A stretch of 64,000 nucleotides of DNA, taken from positions 1-64,000 of the forward strand of contig CATNEN010000011.1 in NCBI GenBank assembly GCA_950097015.1, written 5' to 3'. The notes beneath the pieces are model-generated. The model was not told where the DNA came from. It saw nothing but the letters and a program-made list of their open reading frames with translations, and made no database searches. Positions 36,590-50,131 of the stretch are shown here, one piece after another. How positions within the stretch are numbered: position 1 is the first letter of the stretch; the number at the start of each line of letters is the position of its first letter. The stretch comes from Macrostomum hystrix (taxonomy: Eukaryota; Animalia; Platyhelminthes). A program made the position numbers and the translations under genes.

Positions 36590-39506
36590 ATGAACGCAGC
36601 TAAAGTTTTATATCTAGCTGCTCCCACAGATGTCTTGTGCAGCAATATCAGAACCAATGATTGCTATTGCAGCTTACAGCTAGCATGCCTGACTTTGAGA
36701 GGCGCAATGATGCACGCTGATACAGGAACAACCATAGAAAACAATCATGCTCCGTGTAGCGATATAGAACAGCTTTGCGCGTGCTTCTCGCACAGATCGA
36801 TATATGCTGCTATTTCAGAACTAAGGAACTGTGTCTGTGAACTGGGCGCTGAGGCTATAATAAAATTTCCTTGATTGAAACGTGCGTTTGCACACTCTCA
36901 ATCAGCGGGAATATAGAAACGCAGCTAGAGTTTCAGCTAGCTGCTCCTACAGATGTCAATATGCTGCAATGTTAGAACTAGGCTCAAGCTTTTTGCAAAT
37001 CACGCCGTACATGAAAAAGCGAAAAGAACAACTTGAGCTTCTTGCACGTGCACTAGAACAGCTTTGCACGTTCTGTTTGCAAAGATCAATTCATGCTGCT
37101 ATTTAAGCATTTTGAAGGGACACTCAAGGCTGTAGCTAGTTTGCTTAAGTGAAAGTGCTCTTACTCTAGTCAAGAGGAAGATATGAACGCAGCTAAAGTT
37201 TTATATCTAGCTGCTCCCACAGATGTCTTGTGCAGCAATATCAGAACCAATGATTGCTATTGCAGCTTACAGCTAGCATGCCTGACTTTGAGAGGCGCAA
37301 TGATGCACGCTGATACAGGAACAACCATAGAAAACAATCATGCTCCGTGTAGCGATCTAGAACAGGTTTGCGCGTGCTTCTCGCAAAGATCGCTCTATAT
37401 GGCTTTTCTGAACTATGTTGGGGCGCTGAGGCTAGACTTTGTTTCCTTGATTGGAACTGGCGCTTACACACTCTCCCAGTCAGCTGGAAGATATGAACGG
37501 AGCAAAAATTTTAGCTAGCTGCTCCCGCAGATGTCATTATGCTGCAATGTTAGAATTAGTCTCAGGATTTTGCAAAACACGCCGTACATGAATAAGCGAA
37601 AAGAACAACTTGAGCTTCTTGCACGTGCACTAGAACAGCTTTGCACGTTCTGTTTGCAAAGATCAATTCATGCTGCTATTTAAGCATTTTGAAGGGACAC
37701 TCAAGGCTGTGGCTAGTTTGCTTATGTGAAAGTGCTCTTACTCTAGTCAAGAGGAAGATATGAACGCAGCTAAAGTTTTATATCTAGCTGCTCCCACAGA
37801 TTTCTTGTGCAGCAATATCAGAACCAATGATTGCTATTGCAGCTTACAGCTAGCATGCCTGACTTTGAGAGGCGCAATGATGGACGCTGATACAGGAACA
37901 ACCATAGAAAACAATCATGCTCCGTGTAGCGATCTAGAACAGGTTTGCGCGTGCTTTTCGCACAGATCGCTCTATATGGCTTTTCTGAACTATGTTGGGG
38001 CGCTGAGGCTAGACTTTGTTTCCTTGATTGGAACTGGCGCTTACACACTCTCCCAGTCAGCTGGAAGATATGAACGGAGCAAAAGTTTTTGCTTGCTGCT
38101 CCCGCAGATGTCATTATGCTGCAATGTTAGAATTAGTCTCAGGATTTTGCAAAACACGCCGTACATGAATAAGCGAAAAGAACAACTTGAGCTTCTTGCA
38201 CGTGCACTAGAACAGCTTTGCACGTTCTGTTTGCAAAGATCGATACATGCTGCTATTTAAGCATTTTGAAGGGACACTCAAGGCTGTAGCTAGTTTGCTT
38301 AAGTGAAAGTGCTCTTACTCTAGTCAAGAGGAAGATATGAACGCAGCTAAAGTTTTATATCTAGCTGCTCCCACAGATGTCTTGTGCAGCAATATCAGAA
38401 CCAATGATTGCTATTGCAGCTTACAGCTAGCATGCCTGACTTTGAGAGGCGCAATGATGCACGCTGATACAGGAACAACCATAGAAAACAATCATGCTCC
38501 GTGTAGCGATCTAGAACAGGTTTGCGCGTGCTTCTCGCACAGATCGCTCTATATGGCTTTTCTGAACTATGTTGGGGCGCTGAGGCTAGACTTTGTTTCC
38601 TTGATTGGAACTGGCGCTTACACACTCTCCCAGTCAGCTGGAAGATATGAACGGAGCAAAAATTTTAGCTAGCTGCTCCCGCAGATGTCATTATGCTGCA
38701 ATGTTAGAATTAGTCTCAGGATTTTGCAAAACACGCCGTACATGAATAAGCGAAAAGAACAACTTGAGCTTCTTGCACGTGCACTAGAACAGCTTTGCAC
38801 GTTCTGTTTGCAAAGATCAATTCATGCTGCTATTTAAGCATTTTGAAGGGACACTCAAGGCTGTAGCTAGTTTGCTTATGTGAAAGTGCTCTTACTCTAG
38901 TCAAGAGGAAGATATGAACGCAGCTAAAGTTTTATATCTAGCTGCTCCCACAGATGTCTTGTGCAGCAATATCAGAACCAATGATTGCTATTGCAGCTTA
39001 CAGCTAGCATGCCTGACTTTGAGAGGCGCAATGATGCACGCTGATACAGGAACAACCATAGAAAACAATCATGCTCCGTGTAGCGATATAGAACAGCTTT
39101 GCGCGTGCTTCTCGCACAGATCGATATATGCTGCTATTTCAGAACTAAGGAACTGTGTCTGTGAACTGGGCGCTGAGGCTATAATAAAATTTCCTTGATT
39201 GAAACGTGCGTTTGCACACTCTCAATCAGCGGGAATATAGAAACGCAGCTAGAGTTTCAGCTAGCTGCTCCTACAGATGTCAATATGCTGCAATGTTAGA
39301 ACTAGGCTCAAGCTTTTTGCAAATCACGCCGTACATGAAAAAGCGAAAAGAACAACTTGAGCTTCTTGCACGTGCACTAGAACAGCTTTGCACGTTCTGT
39401 TTGCAAAGATCAATTCATGCTGCTATTTAAGCATTTTGAAGGGACACTCAAGGCTGTAGCTAGTTTGCTTAAGTGAAAGTGCTCTTACTCTAGTCAAGAG
39501 GAAGAT
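34859..39506 (+). repeat. 2324-bp 4-mer HOR (A-A''-A-B) x2
   Basis: The CTCGCAAAGATC variant is at 34859 and 37183, A'' at 35436 and 37760, and B with AAAATTTCC at 36590 and 38914; all offsets are 2324 bp. Confidence 0.92.
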
Positions 39507-42500
39507 ATGAACGCAGCTAAAGTTTTATATCTAGCTGCTCCCACAGATGTCTTGTGCAGCAATATCAGAACCAATGATTGCTATTGCAGCTTACAGCTAG
39601 CATGCCTGACTTTGTGAGGCGCAATGATGCACGCTGATACAGGAACAACCATAGAAAACAATCATGCTCCGTGTAGCGATATAGAACAGCTTTGCGCGTG
39701 CTTCTCGCACAGATCGATATATGCTGCTATTTCAGAACTAAGGAACTGTGTCTGTGAACTGGGCGCTGAGGCTATAATAAAAATTCCTTGATTGAAACGT
39801 GCGTTTGCACACTCTCAATCAGCGGGAATATAGAAACGCAGCTAGAGTTTCAGCTAGCTGCTCCTACAGATGTCAATATGCTGCTATGTTAGAACTAGGC
39901 TCAAACTTTTTGCAAATCACGCCGTACATGAAAAAGCGAAAAGAACAACTTGATCTTCTTGCACGTGCACTAGAACAGCTTTGCACGTTCTGTTTGCAAA
40001 GATCAATTCATGCTGCTATTTAAGCATTTTTATTAACAATCATGATAATAACAGCATTTAAGCATTTTTATTAACAATCATGATAATAACAATCATGATA
40101 ATAAAAATTCCTTGATTGAAACGTGCGTTTGCACACTCTCAATCAGCAGGAATATAGAAACGCAGCTAGAGTTTCAGCTAGCTGCTCCTACAGATGTCAA
40201 TATGCTGCAATGTTAGAACTAGGCTCAAGCTTTTTGCAAATCACGCCGTACATGAAAAAGCGAAAAGAACAACTTGAGCTTCTTGCACGTGCACTAGAAC
40301 AGCTTTGCACGTTCTGTTTGCAAAGATCAATTCATGCTGCTATTTAAGCATTTTGAAGGGACACTCAAGGCTGTAGCTAGTTTGCTTAAGTGAAAGTGCT
40401 CTTACTCTAGTCAAGAGGAAGATATGAACGCAGCTAAAGTTTTATATCTAGCTGCTCCCACAGATGTCTTGTGCAGCAATATCAGAACCAATGATTGCTA
40501 TTGCAGCTTACAGCTAGCATGCCTGACTTTGTGAGGCGCAATGATGCACGCTGATACAGGAACAACCATAGAAAACAATCATGCTCCGTGTAGCGATATA
40601 GAACAGCTTTGCGCGTGCTTCTCGCACAGATCGATATATGCTGCTATTTCAGAACTAAGGAACTGTGTCTGTGAACTGGGCGCTGAGGCTATAATAAAAA
40701 TTCCTTGATTGAAACGTGCGTTTGCACACTCTCAATCAGCGGGAATATAGAAACGCAGCTAGAGTTTCAGCTAGCTGCTCCTACAGATGTCAATATGCTG
40801 CTATGTTAGAACTAGGCTCAAACTTTTTGCAAATCACGCCGTACATGAAAAAGCGAAAAGAACAACTTGATCTTCTTGCACGTGCACTAGAACAGCTTTG
40901 CACGTTCTGTTTGCAAAGATCAATTCATGCTGCTATTTAAGCATTTTTATTAACAATCATGATAATAACAGCATTTAAGCATTTTTATTAACAATCATGA
41001 TAATAACAATCATGATAATAAAAATTCCTTGATTGAAACGTGCGTTTGCACACTCTCAATCAGCAGGAATATAGAAACGCAGCTAGAGTTTCAGCTAGCT
41101 GCTCCTACAGATGTCAATATGCTGCAATGTTAGAACTAGGCTCAAGCTTTTTGCAAATCACGCCGTACATGAAAAAGCGAAAAGAACAACTTGAGCTTCT
41201 TGCACGTGCACTAGAACAGCTTTGCACGTTCTGTTTGCAAAGATCAATTCATGCTGCTATTTAAGCATTTTGAAGGGACACTCAAGGCTGTAGCTAGTTT
41301 GCTTATGTGAAAGTGCTCTTACTCTAGTCAAGAGGAAGATATGAACGCAGCTAAAGTTTTATATCTAGCTGCTCCCACAGATGTCTTGTGCAGCAATATC
41401 AGAACCAATGATTGCTATTGCAGCTTACAGCTAGCATGCCTGACTTTGAGAGGCGCAATGATGCACGCTGATACAGGAACAACCATAGAAAACAATCATG
41501 CTCCGTGTAGCGATATAGAACAGCTTTGCGCGTGCTTCTCGCACAGATCGATATATGCTGCTATTTCAGAACTAAGGAACTGTGTCTGTGAACTGGGCGC
41601 CGAGGCTATAATAAAAATTCCTTGATTGAAACGTGCGTTTGCACACTCTCAATCAGCAGGAATATAGAAACGCAGCTAGAGTTACAGCTAGCTGCTCCTA
41701 CAGATGTCAATATGCTGCTATGTTAGAACTAGCCTCTAGCTTTTTGCAAATCACGCCGTACATGAAAAAGCGAAAAGAACAACTTGAGCTTCTTGCACGT
41801 GCACTAGAACAGCTTTGCACGTTCTGTTTGCAAAGATCAATTCATGCTGCTATTTAAGCATTTTGAAGGGACACTCAAGGCTGTAGCTAGTTTGCTTATG
41901 TGAAAGTGCTCTTACTCTAGTCAAGAGGAAGATATGAACGCAGCTAAAGTTTTATATCTAGCTGCTCCCACAGATGTCTTGTGCAGCAATATCAGAACCA
42001 ATGATTGCTATTGCAGCTTACAGCTAGCATGCCTGACTTTGAGAGGCGCAATGATGCACGCTGATACAGGAACAACCATAGAAAACAATCATGCTCCGTG
42101 TAGCGATATAGAACAGCTTTGCGCGTGCTTCTCGCACAGATCGATATATGCTGCTATTTCAGAACTAAGGAACTGTGTCTGTGAACTGGGCGCTGAGGCT
42201 ATAATAAAAATTCCTTGATTGAAACGTGCGTTTGCACACTCTCAATCAGCGGGAATATAGAAACGCAGCTAGAGTTTCAGCTAGCTGCTCCTACAGATGT
42301 CAATATGCTGCTATGTTAGAACTAGGCTCAAACTTTTTGCAAATCACGCCGTACATGAAAAAGCGAAAAGAACAACTTGATCTTCTTGCACGTGCACTAG
42401 AACAGCTTTGCACGTTCTGTTTGCAAAGATCAATTCATGCTGCTATTTAAGCATTTTTATTAACAATCATGATAATAACAGCATTTAAGCATTTTTATTA

Positions 42501-45500
42501 ACAATCATGATAATAACAATCATGATAATAAAAATTCCTTGATTGAAACGTGCGTTTGCACACTCTCAATCAGCAGGAATATAGAAACGCAGCTAGAGTT
42601 TCAGCTAGCTGCTCCTACAGATGTCAATATGCTGCAATGTTAGAACTAGGCTCAAGCTTTTTGCAAATCACGCCGTACATGAAAAAGCGAAAAGAACAAC
42701 TTGAGCTTCTTGCACGTGCACTAGAACAGCTTTGCACGTTCTGTTTGCAAAGATCAATTCATGCTGCTATTTAAGCATTTTGAAGGGACACTCAAGGCTG
42801 TAGCTAGTTTGCTTAAGTGAAAGTGCTCTTACTCTAGTCAAGAGGAAGATATGAACGCAGCTAAAGTTTTATATCTAGCTGCTCCCACAGATGTCTTGTG
42901 CAGCAATATCAGAACCAATGATTGCTATTGCAGCTTACAGCTAGCATGCCTGACTTTGTGAGGCGCAATGATGCACGCTGATACAGGAACAACCATAGAA
43001 AACAATCATGCTCCGTGTAGCGATATAGAACAGCTTTGCGCGTGCTTCTCGCACAGATCGATATATGCTGCTATTTCAGAACTAAGGAACTGTGTCTGTG
43101 AACTGGGCGCTGAGGCTATAATAAAAATTCCTTGATTGAAACGTGCGTTTGCACACTCTCAATCAGCGGGAATATAGAAACGCAGCTAGAGTTTCAGCTA
43201 GCTGCTCCTACAGATGTCAATATGCTGCTATGTTAGAACTAGGCTCAAACTTTTTGCAAATCACGCCGTACATGAAAAAGCGAAAAGAACAACTTGATCT
43301 TCTTGCACGTGCACTAGAACAGCTTTGCACGTTCTGTTTGCAAAGATCAATTCATGCTGCTATTTAAGCATTTTTATTAACAATCATGATAATAACAGCA
43401 TTTAAGCATTTTTATTAACAATCATGATAATAACAATCATGATAATAAAAATTCCTTGATTGAAACGTGCGTTTGCACACTCTCAATCAGCAGGAATATA
43501 GAAACGCAGCTAGAGTTTCAGCTAGCTGCTCCTACAGATGTCAATATGCTGCAATGTTAGAACTAGGCTCAAGCTTTTTGCAAATCACGCCGTACATGAA
43601 AAAGCGAAAAGAACAACTTGAGCTTCTTGCACGTGCACTAGAACAGCTTTGCACGTTCTGTTTGCAAAGATCAATTCATGCTGCTATTTAAGCATTTTGA
43701 AGGGACACTCAAGGCTGTAGCTAGTTTGCTTATGTGAAAGTGCTCTTACTCTAGTCAAGAGGAAGATATGAACGCAGCTAAAGTTTTATATCTAGCTGCT
43801 CCCACAGATGTCTTGTGCAGCAATATCAGAACCAATGATTGCTATTGCAGCTTACAGCTAGCATGCCTGACTTTGAGAGGCGCAATGATGCACGCTGATA
43901 CAGGAACAACCATAGAAAACAATCATGCTCCGTGTAGCGATATAGAACAGCTTTGCGCGTGCTTCTCGCACAGATCGATATATGCTGCTATTTCAGAACT
44001 AAGGAACTGTGTCTGTGAACTGGGCGCCGAGGCTATAATAAAAATTCCTTGATTGAAACGTGCGTTTGCACACTCTCAATCAGCAGGAATATAGAAACGC
44101 AGCTAGAGTTACAGCTAGCTGCTCCTACAGATGTCAATATGCTGCTATGTTAGAACTAGCCTCTAGCTTTTTGCAAATCACGCCGTACATGAAAAAGCGA
44201 AAAGAACAACTTGAGCTTCTTGCACGTGCACTAGAACAGCTTTGCACGTTCTGTTTGCAAAGATCAATTCATGCTGCTATTTAAGCATTTTGAAGGGACA
44301 CTCAAGGCTGTAGCTAGTTTGCTTATGTGAAAGTGCTCTTACTCTAGTCAAGAGGAAGATATGAACGCAGCTAAAGTTTTATATCTAGCTGCTCCCACAG
44401 ATGTCTTGTGCAGCAATATCAGAACCAATGATTGCTATTGCAGCTTACAGCTAGCATGCCTGACTTTGAGAGGCGCAATGATGCACGCTGATACAGGAAC
44501 AACCATAGAAAACAATCATGCTCCGTGTAGCGATATAGAACAGCTTTGCGCGTGCTTCTCGCACAGATCGATATATGCTGCTATTTCAGAACTAAGGAAC
44601 TGTGTCTGTGAACTGGGCGCTGAGGCTATAATAAAAATTCCTTGATTGAAACGTGCGTTTGCACACTCTCAATCAGCGGGAATATAGAAACGCAGCTAGA
44701 GTTTCAGCTAGCTGCTCCTACAGATGTCAATATGCTGCTATGTTAGAACTAGGCTCAAACTTTTTGCAAATCACGCCGTACATGAAAAAGCGAAAAGAAC
44801 AACTTGATCTTCTTGCACGTGCACTAGAACAGCTTTGCACGTTCTGTTTGCAAAGATCAATTCATGCTGCTATTTAAGCATTTTTATTAACAATCATGAT
44901 AATAACAGCATTTAAGCATTTTTATTAACAATCATGATAATAACAATCATGATAATAAAAATTCCTTGATTGAAACGTGCGTTTGCACACTCTCAATCAG
45001 CAGGAATATAGAAACGCAGCTAGAGTTTCAGCTAGCTGCTCCTACAGATGTCAATATGCTGCAATGTTAGAACTAGGCTCAAGCTTTTTGCAAATCACGC
45101 CGTACATGAAAAAGCGAAAAGAACAACTTGAGCTTCTTGCACGTGCACTAGAACAGCTTTGCACGTTCTGTTTGCAAAGATCAATTCATGCTGCTATTTA
45201 AGCATTTTGAAGGGACACTCAAGGCTGTAGCTAGTTTGCTTAAGTGAAAGTGCTCTTACTCTAGTCAAGAGGAAGATATGAACGCAGCTAAAGTTTTATA
45301 TCTAGCTGCTCCCACAGATGTCTTGTGCAGCAATATCAGAACCAATGATTGCTATTGCAGCTTACAGCTAGCATGCCTGACTTTGAGAGGCGCAATGATG
45401 CACGCTGATACAGGAACAACCATAGAAAACAATCATGCTCCGTGTAGCGATATAGAACAGCTTTGCGCGTGCTTCTCGCACAGATCGATATATGCTGCTA

Positions 45501-48500
45501 TTTCAGAACTAAGGAACTGTGTCTGTGAACTGGGCGCTGAGGCTATAATAAAAATTCCTTGATTGAAACGTGCGTTTGCACACTCTCAATCAGCGGGAAT
45601 ATAGAAACGCAGCTAGAGTTTCAGCTAGCTGCTCCTACAGATGTCAATATGCTGCTATGTTAGAACTAGGCTCAAACTTTTTGCAAATCACGCCGTACAT
45701 GAAAAAGCGAAAAGAACAACTTGATCTTCTTGCACGTGCACTAGAACAGCTTTGCACGTTCTGTTTGCAAAGATCAATTCATGCTGCTATTTAAGCATTT
45801 TTATTAACAATCATGATAATAACAGCATTTAAGCATTTTTATTAACAATCATGATAATAACAATCATGATAATAAAAATTCCTTGATTGAAACGTGCGTT
45901 TGCACACTCTCAATCAGCAGGAATATAGAAACGCAGCTAGAGTTTCAGCTAGCTGCTCCTACAGATGTCAATATGCTGCAATGTTAGAACTAGGCTCAAG
46001 CTTTTTGCAAATCACGCCGTACATGAAAAAGCGAAAAGAACAACTTGAGCTTCTTGCACGTGCACTAGAACAGCTTTGCACGTTCTGTTTGCAAAGATCA
46101 ATTCATGCTGCTATTTAAGCATTTTGAAGGGACACTCAAGGCTGTAGCTAGTTTGCTTATGTGAAAGTGCTCTTACTCTAGTCAAGAGGAAGATATGAAC
46201 GCAGCTAAAGTTTTATATCTAGCTGCTCCCACAGATGTCTTGTGCAGCAATATCAGAACCAATGATTGCTATTGCAGCTTACAGCTAGCATGCCTGACTT
46301 TGAGAGGCGCAATGATGCACGCTGATACAGGAACAACCATAGAAAACAATCATGCTCCGTGTAGCGATATAGAACAGCTTTGCGCGTGCTTCTCGCACAG
46401 ATCGATATATGCTGCTATTTCAGAACTAAGGAACTGTGTCTGTGAACTGGGCGCCGAGGCTATAATAAAAATTCCTTGATTGAAACGTGCGTTTGCACAC
46501 TCTCAATCAGCAGGAATATAGAAACGCAGCTAGAGTTACAGCTAGCTGCTCCTACAGATGTCAATATGCTGCTATGTTAGAACTAGCCTCTAGCTTTTTG
46601 CAAATCACGCCGTACATGAAAAAGCGAAAAGAACAACTTGAGCTTCTTGCACGTGCACTAGAACAGCTTTGCACGTTCTGTTTGCAAAGATCAATTCATG
46701 CTGCTATTTAAGCATTTTGAAGGGACACTCAAGGCTGTAGCTAGTTTGCTTATGTGAAAGTGCTCTTACTCTAGTCAAGAGGAAGATATGAACGCAGCTA
46801 AAGTTTTATATCTAGCTGCTCCCACAGATGTCTTGTGCAGCAATATCAGAACCAATGATTGCTATTGCAGCTTACAGCTAGCATGCCTGACTTTGAGAGG
46901 CGCAATGATGCACGCTGATACAGGAACAACCATAGAAAACAATCATGCTCCGTGTAGCGATATAGAACAGCTTTGCGCGTGCTTCTCGCACAGATCGATA
47001 TATGCTGCTATTTCAGAACTAAGGAACTGTGTCTGTGAACTGGGCGCTGAGGCTATAATAAAAATTCCTTGATTGAAACGTGCGTTTGCACACTCTCAAT
47101 CAGCAGGAATATAGAAACGCAGCTAGAGTTTCAGCTAGCTGCTCCTACAGATGTCAATATGCTGCAATGTTAGAACTAGGCTCAAGCTTTTTGCAAATCA
47201 CGCCGTACATGAAAAAGCGAAAAGAACAACTTGAGCTTCTTGCACGTGCACTAGAACAGCTTTGCACGTTCTGTTTGCAAAGATCAATTCATGCTGCTAT
47301 TTAAGCATTTTTATTAACAATCATGATAATAACAGCATTTAAGCATTTTTATTAACAATCATGATAATAACAATCATGATAATAAAAATTCCTTGATTGA
47401 AACGTGCGTTTGCACACTCTCAATCAGCAGGAATATAGAAACGCAGCTAGAGTTTCAGCTAGCTGCTCCTACAGATGTCAATATGCTGCAATGTTAGAAC
47501 TAGGCTCAAGCTTTTTGCAAATCACGCCGTACATGAAAAAGCGAAAAGAACAACTTGAGCTTCTTGCACGTGCACTAGAACAGCTTTGCACGTTCTGTTT
47601 GCAAAGATCAATTCATGCTGCTATTTAAGCATTTTGAAGGGACACTCAAGGCTGTAGCTAGTTTGCTTATGTGAAAGTGCTCTTACTCTAGTCAAGAGGA
47701 AGATATGAACGCAGCTAAAGTTTTATATCTAGCTGCTCCCACAGATGTCTTGTGCAGCAATATCAGAACCAATGATTGCTATTGCAGCTTACAGCTAGCA
47801 TGCCTGACTTTGAGAGGCGCAATGATGCACGCTGATACAGGAACAACCATAGAAAACAATCATGCTCCGTGTAGCGATATAGAACAGCTTTGCGCGTGCT
47901 TCTCGCACAGATCGATATATGCTGCTATTTCAGAACTAAGGAACTGTGTCTGTGAACTGGGCGCTGAGGCTATAATAAAAATTCCTTGATTGAAACGTGC
48001 GTTTGCACACTCTCAATCAGCGGGAATATAGAAACGCAGCTAGAGTTTCAGCTAGCTGCTCCTACAGATGTCAATATGCTGCTATGTTAGAACTAGGCTC
48101 AAACTTTTTGCAAATCACGCCGTACATGAAAAAGCGAAAAGAACAACTTGATCTTCTTGCACGTGCACTAGAACAGCTTTGCACGTTCTGTTTGCAAAGA
48201 TCAATTCATGCTGCTATTTAAGCATTTTTATTAACAATCATGATAATAACAGCATTTAAGCATTTTTATTAACAATCATGATAATAACAATCATGATAAT
48301 AAAAATTCCTTGATTGAAACGTGCGTTTGCACACTCTCAATCAGCAGGAATATAGAAACGCAGCTAGAGTTTCAGCTAGCTGCTCCTACAGATGTCAATA
48401 TGCTGCAATGTTAGAACTAGGCTCAAGCTTTTTGCAAATCACGCCGTACATGAAAAAGCGAAAAGAACAACTTGAGCTTCTTGCACGTGCACTAGAACAG

Positions 48501-50131
48501 CTTTGCACGTTCTGTTTGCAAAGATCAATTCATGCTGCTATTTAAGCATTTTGAAGGGACACTCAAGGCTGTAGCTAGTTTGCTTATGTGAAAGTGCTCT
48601 TACTCTAGTCAAGAGGAAGATATGAACGCAGCTAAAGTTTTATATCTAGCTGCTCCCACAGATGTCTTGTGCAGCAATATCAGAACCAATGATTGCTATT
48701 GCAGCTTACAGCTAGCATGCCTGACTTTGAGAGGCGCAATGATGCACGCTGATACAGGAACAACCATAGAAAACAATCATGCTCCGTGTAGCGATATAGA
48801 ACAGCTTTGCGCGTGCTTCTCGCACAGATCGATATATGCTGCTATTTCAGAACTAAGGAACTGTGTCTGTGAACTGGGCGCCGAGGCTATAATAAAAATT
48901 CCTTGATTGAAACGTGCGTTTGCACACTCTCAATCAGCAGGAATATAGAAACGCAGCTAGAGTTACAGCTAGCTGCTCCTACAGATGTCAATATGCTGCT
49001 ATGTTAGAACTAGCCTCTAGCTTTTTGCAAATCACGCCGTACATGAAAAAGCGAAAAGAACAACTTGAGCTTCTTGCACGTGCACTAGAACAGCTTTGCA
49101 CGTTCTGTTTGCAAAGATCAATTCATGCTGCTATTTAAGCATTTTGAAGGGACACTCAAGGCTGTAGCTAGTTTGCTTATGTGAAAGTGCTCTTACTCTA
49201 GTCAAGAGGAAGATATGAACGCAGCTAAAGTTTTATATCTAGCTGCTCCCACAGATGTCTTGTGCAGCAATATCAGAACCAATGATTGCTATTGCAGCTT
49301 ACAGCTAGCATGCCTGACTTTGAGAGGCGCAATGATGCACGCTGATACAGGAACAACCATAGAAAACAATCATGCTCCGTGTAGCGATATAGAACAGCTT
49401 TGCGCGTGCTTCTCGCACAGATCGATATATGCTGCTATTTCAGAACTAAGGAACTGTGTCTGTGAACTGGGCGCTGAGGCTATAATAAAAATTCCTTGAT
49501 TGAAACGTGCGTTTGCACACTCTCAATCAGCAGGAATATAGAAACGCAGCTAGAGTTTCAGCTAGCTGCTCCTACAGATGTCAATATGCTGCAATGTTAG
49601 AACTAGGCTCAAGCTTTTTGCAAATCACGCCGTACATGAAAAAGCGAAAAGAACAACTTGAGCTTCTTGCACGTGCACTAGAACAGCTTTGCACGTTCTG
49701 TTTGCAAAGATCAATTCATGCTGCTATTTAAGCATTTTTATTAACAATCATGATAATAACAGCATTTAAGCATTTTTATTAACAATCATGATAATAACAA
49801 TCATGATAATAAAAATTCCTTGATTGAAACGTGCGTTTGCACACTCTCAATCAGCAGGAATATAGAAACGCAGCTAGAGTTTCAGCTAGCTGCTCCTACA
49901 GATGTCAATATGCTGCAATGTTAGAACTAGGCTCAAGCTTTTTGCAAATCACGCCGTACATGAAAAAGCGAAAAGAACAACTTGAGCTTCTTGCACGTGC
50001 ACTAGAACAGCTTTGCACGTTCTGTTTGCAAAGATCAATTCATGCTGCTATTTAAGCATTTTGAAGGGACACTCAAGGCTGTAGCTAGTTTGCTTATGTG
50101 AAAGTGCTCTTACTCTAGTCAAGAGGAAGAT
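39507..50131 (+). repeat. 2427-bp HOR (B+C, B+C, B*) x4 plus a partial fifth copy
   Basis: B* units with GGGCGCCGAGG, GAGTTACAGC and ACTAGCCTCTAGC start at 41341, 43768, 46195 and 48622 (spacing 2427 = 917+917+593). Confidence 0.96.
40031..40097. other. 67-bp AT-rich filler replacing a 336-bp deletion (first of 17 such junctions); creates the 324-bp half-monomer C
   Basis: ...GCTATTTAAGCATTTT|TATTAACAATCATGATAATAACAGCATTTAAGCATTTTTATTAACAATCATGATAATAACAATCATG|ATAATAAAAATTCC. Other copies start at 40948, 42458, 43375, 44885, 45802, 47312, 48229, 49739, 52996, 53913, 54830, 55747, 56071, 62401, 63318 and 63627. Confidence 0.95.

Noticed and set aside
40018-40097. CRISPR-like reading of the 38-bp repeats or of conserved/variable monomer parts
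   Set aside because: The repeats are directly adjacent with no unique spacers, the variable parts are homologous to each other, and there are no cas genes.
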